Positions 62,169 to 64,000 of a stretch of DNA of 64,000 nucleotides are shown in pieces; within the stretch, counting starts at the first letter, position 1, and every line of letters starts with the position of its first letter. A model generated the notes under the pieces. That model ran no database searches. It was given only the letters and a program-made list of their open reading frames with translations, and was not told the origin of the DNA. The DNA comes from Flavobacterium sp. (lineage in GTDB: Bacteria > Bacteroidota > Bacteroidia > Flavobacteriales > Flavobacteriaceae): the NCBI GenBank assembly GCA_030151565.1, contig JASLDM010000060.1:13207-77206 (forward strand). The letters run 5' to 3'. The position numbers were made by a program, and so were the translations under genes.

Positions 62169-62960
62169 ATGATTCTTACATTTTCTAAATATCACGGAAC
62201 AGGGAATGACTTTGTAATGGTGGATAACCGTACGGATTTTTTTCCTAAAGAAAACAAACAACTCATAGCAAACTTATGTCACCGTCGTTTTGGAATAGGT
62301 GGGGATGGTTTGATATTAATCGAAAATGCAACCGACTGTGATTTCAATATGGTGTATTACAATTCCGATGGTGCAGAAAGTACGATGTGTGGTAACGGAG
62401 GGCGTTGTTTGGTAGCTTTTGCCAAACAGTTGGGTATTATTGAAAGCAAGGCTGTGTTTAGAGCTGTTGACGGATGGCATACCGCTACAATTGATGAACA
62501 GAATCAAGTAGCTTTGCAAATGATTGATGTGAGTGAAGTGCGAACTAAAGATGCTAGTTTCTTTTTAAATACAGGATCTCCACATCATGTAGAACTAGTT
62601 GCTGACGTCAAAAACATCGATGTTTATAATTTAGGAAAAACAATTCGCGAATCAGACGTTTATGCCCCAGGTGGAACTAATGTGAATTTTGTACAACAAC
62701 TGAATCCAAACACTTTTAAAATTCGCACTTTTGAGCGTGGTGTAGAGGCGGAAACCCTTTCTTGTGGTACAGGTGCTACGGCAGTTGCTTTGGCTATGTA
62801 CACTGCTAAACACACGGCAAGTTCGAGTGTGCAGATACAAGTAGAAGGAGGGGATTTAAGGGTTGATTTTGAATATGGCAATCAAGGCTTTAAACAAGTT
62901 TATTTGACAGGGCCTGCCACATTTGTATTTCAAGGAAATGTAGAAATTTCATTATCATGA
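62169..62960 (+). CDS. dapF: diaminopimelate epimerase
   Basis: The N-terminus is FSKYHGTGNDFV. The two catalytic Cys contexts are MCGNGGRC and SCGTGATA. Confidence 0.93.
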   Translation: MILTFSKYHGTGNDFVMVDNRTDFFPKENKQLIANLCHRRFGIGGDGLILIENATDCDFNMVYYNSDGAESTMCGNGGRCLVAFAKQLGIIESKAVFRAVDGWHTATIDEQNQVALQMIDVSEVRTKDASFFLNTGSPHHVELVADVKNIDVYNLGKTIRESDVYAPGGTNVNFVQQLNPNTFKIRTFERGVEAETLSCGTGATAVALAMYTAKHTASSSVQIQVEGGDLRVDFEYGNQGFKQVYLTGPATFVFQGNVEISLS

Positions 62961-63484
62961 AAACATTAAAAGGGACTCATATTTATCTTCGTGCTTTGGA
63001 GCCTGAAGATTTGCAGTTTATCTATGAGATTGAAAATGACAGTAGTCTTTGGGAAGTTAGTCATACTCAAACACCTTATAGTCGCTTTTTAATCCATCAA
63101 TATTTAGAGAATGCCCATCAAGATATTTACGAAGCTAAGCAATTGCGTTTGGTTATTTGTGATTTGGAAACAGATACGGCATTGGGATTAATAGATTTAT
63201 TCGATTTTGATCCTAAAAATGAGCGCGCAGGTGTTGGTATAGTCATTCAACATAACCATATCCGCAAACAGGGTGTTGGTTCAGAAGCTTTGGAGTTGTT
63301 GATCGGTTACGTGTTTAAACACCTACAATTGCATCAACTCTTTGCTAATATTAGTACAGATAATGTAGCTAGTGTAGCACTTTTTACTAAATTTGGTTTT
63401 GAATTAGTAGGCATTAAAAAAGAATGGAACCGCATAGCAGGTGTCCGAAAAGACGAAGCCTTGTATCAATTAATTAATACATAA
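62957..63484 (+). CDS. GNAT family N-acetyltransferase (RimJ/RimL-like)
   Basis: The acetyl-CoA motif is RKQGVGSEALELL, and NVASVALFTKFGFELVG is also present. It overlaps the dapF stop by 4 nt. Confidence 0.8.
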   Translation: MKTLKGTHIYLRALEPEDLQFIYEIENDSSLWEVSHTQTPYSRFLIHQYLENAHQDIYEAKQLRLVICDLETDTALGLIDLFDFDPKNERAGVGIVIQHNHIRKQGVGSEALELLIGYVFKHLQLHQLFANISTDNVASVALFTKFGFELVGIKKEWNRIAGVRKDEALYQLINT

Positions 63485-63490
63485 AAGACA

Positions 63491-64000
63491 ATGAATTTAA
63501 AGAGGTTGGTTACCCTTTTAGCCGTTTTAGGACTTGTGATTGTTTCTATTTACGGATATATATTATACGACAGTGCTTTTTCAAAAAGTATACAAAATTG
63601 GGATGAAAAGCAATATTTTACTATTCCTACCAATACTTCTTATCAGGAGGTACGACAATTGTTAGAGCCCTATATCTCCGATCTGGAGAAATTTGATAAA
63701 GTAAGCGGACAAACTAATTATGATTCTAATGTAATATCTGGGCGTTTCAAACTTAAAAATGGAATGTCAAACTACGATGTTGTTCAGGCTTTGCGCAAGA
63801 ATGTACCAGTGCGTTTGACGTTTAATAATCAGGAAAGATTAGAAGATTTAGTAGGTCGAATTGCCAGTCAGATCGAGCCAGATAGTTTAAGCTTATTAGC
63901 TAGTTTTACAGATCCAGATTTTTTACAAGAAAGCGGATTTACTAAAGAAACTGTTTTGGCTGTTTTTATGCCAAATACCTATGAGTTTTATTGGAACGTA
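63491..64000 (+). CDS. mltG: endolytic murein transglycosylase MltG (YceG-like), N-terminal part running off the window
   Basis: My manual translation from ATG 63491 is MNLKRLVTLLAVLGLVIVSIYGY... It has an N-terminal TM and then a YceG-like region (GRFKLKNGMSNYDVVQALR...PNTYEFYWN). The frame is open to the window end. Confidence 0.75.
   Translation, partial: MNLKRLVTLLAVLGLVIVSIYGYILYDSAFSKSIQNWDEKQYFTIPTNTSYQEVRQLLEPYISDLEKFDKVSGQTNYDSNVISGRFKLKNGMSNYDVVQALRKNVPVRLTFNNQERLEDLVGRIASQIEPDSLSLLASFTDPDFLQESGFTKETVLAVFMPNTYEFYWNV

Noticed and set aside
1-64000. A search by eye for CRISPR arrays, tRNA/rRNA genes, IS elements, integrases, toxin-antitoxin pairs and known defence-system genes.
   Set aside because: I saw no regularly spaced direct repeats, no cloverleaf-like sequences in the intergenic regions, and no transposase, recombinase, reverse transcriptase or nuclease-helicase defence signatures in any frame. 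The window appears to be core chromosome.

Overview
The window is an AT-rich, densely coding chromosomal segment that reads as Bacteroidota, most likely Flavobacteriales. Three things support this: a T9SS component (PorQ-like) together with a T9SS C-terminal sorting domain on a secreted nuclease; many lipoprotein-type signal peptides; and TAnnTTTG -7 promoter boxes in front of many genes instead of TATAAT/Shine-Dalgarno signals. I support about 60 protein-coding genes. Almost all are housekeeping or envelope functions: ftsH, rsfS, birA, msrB, lon, cmk, htpG, rsmB-like, DEAD-box helicase, mtaB, ABC-F, trpB, fumC, truC, hisS, dapF, mltG. I found no rRNA, tRNA, CRISPR array, transposase, integrase or prophage gene, so this is core genome rather than an accessory island. 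I do not see a convincing novel multi-gene system such as a defence island. The items most worth a second look are listed here. (1) An unannotated Trp-codon (WWW) leader peptide plus terminator forms an attenuator in front of a solitary trpB. (2) An RluA pseudouridine synthase carries a roughly 355-aa N-terminal extension with a Cys triad and a coiled-coil insert. (3) A tightly coupled DUF2089 / membrane / secreted hydrolase / DUF3784 four-gene operon has no known function. (4) An orphan family-5 solute-binding lipoprotein sits next to a LytTR regulator and a 999-aa periplasmic beta-propeller histidine kinase. (5) A perfect 8-1-8 palindrome lies in the htpG divergent promoter region. (6) A 720-bp ORF-free region upstream of lon contains a tandem 10-mer and an inverted copy. 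(7) A 58-codon membrane-protein ORF is missing from the ORF track. All functional calls come from reading motifs in the translations by eye; no database search was run.
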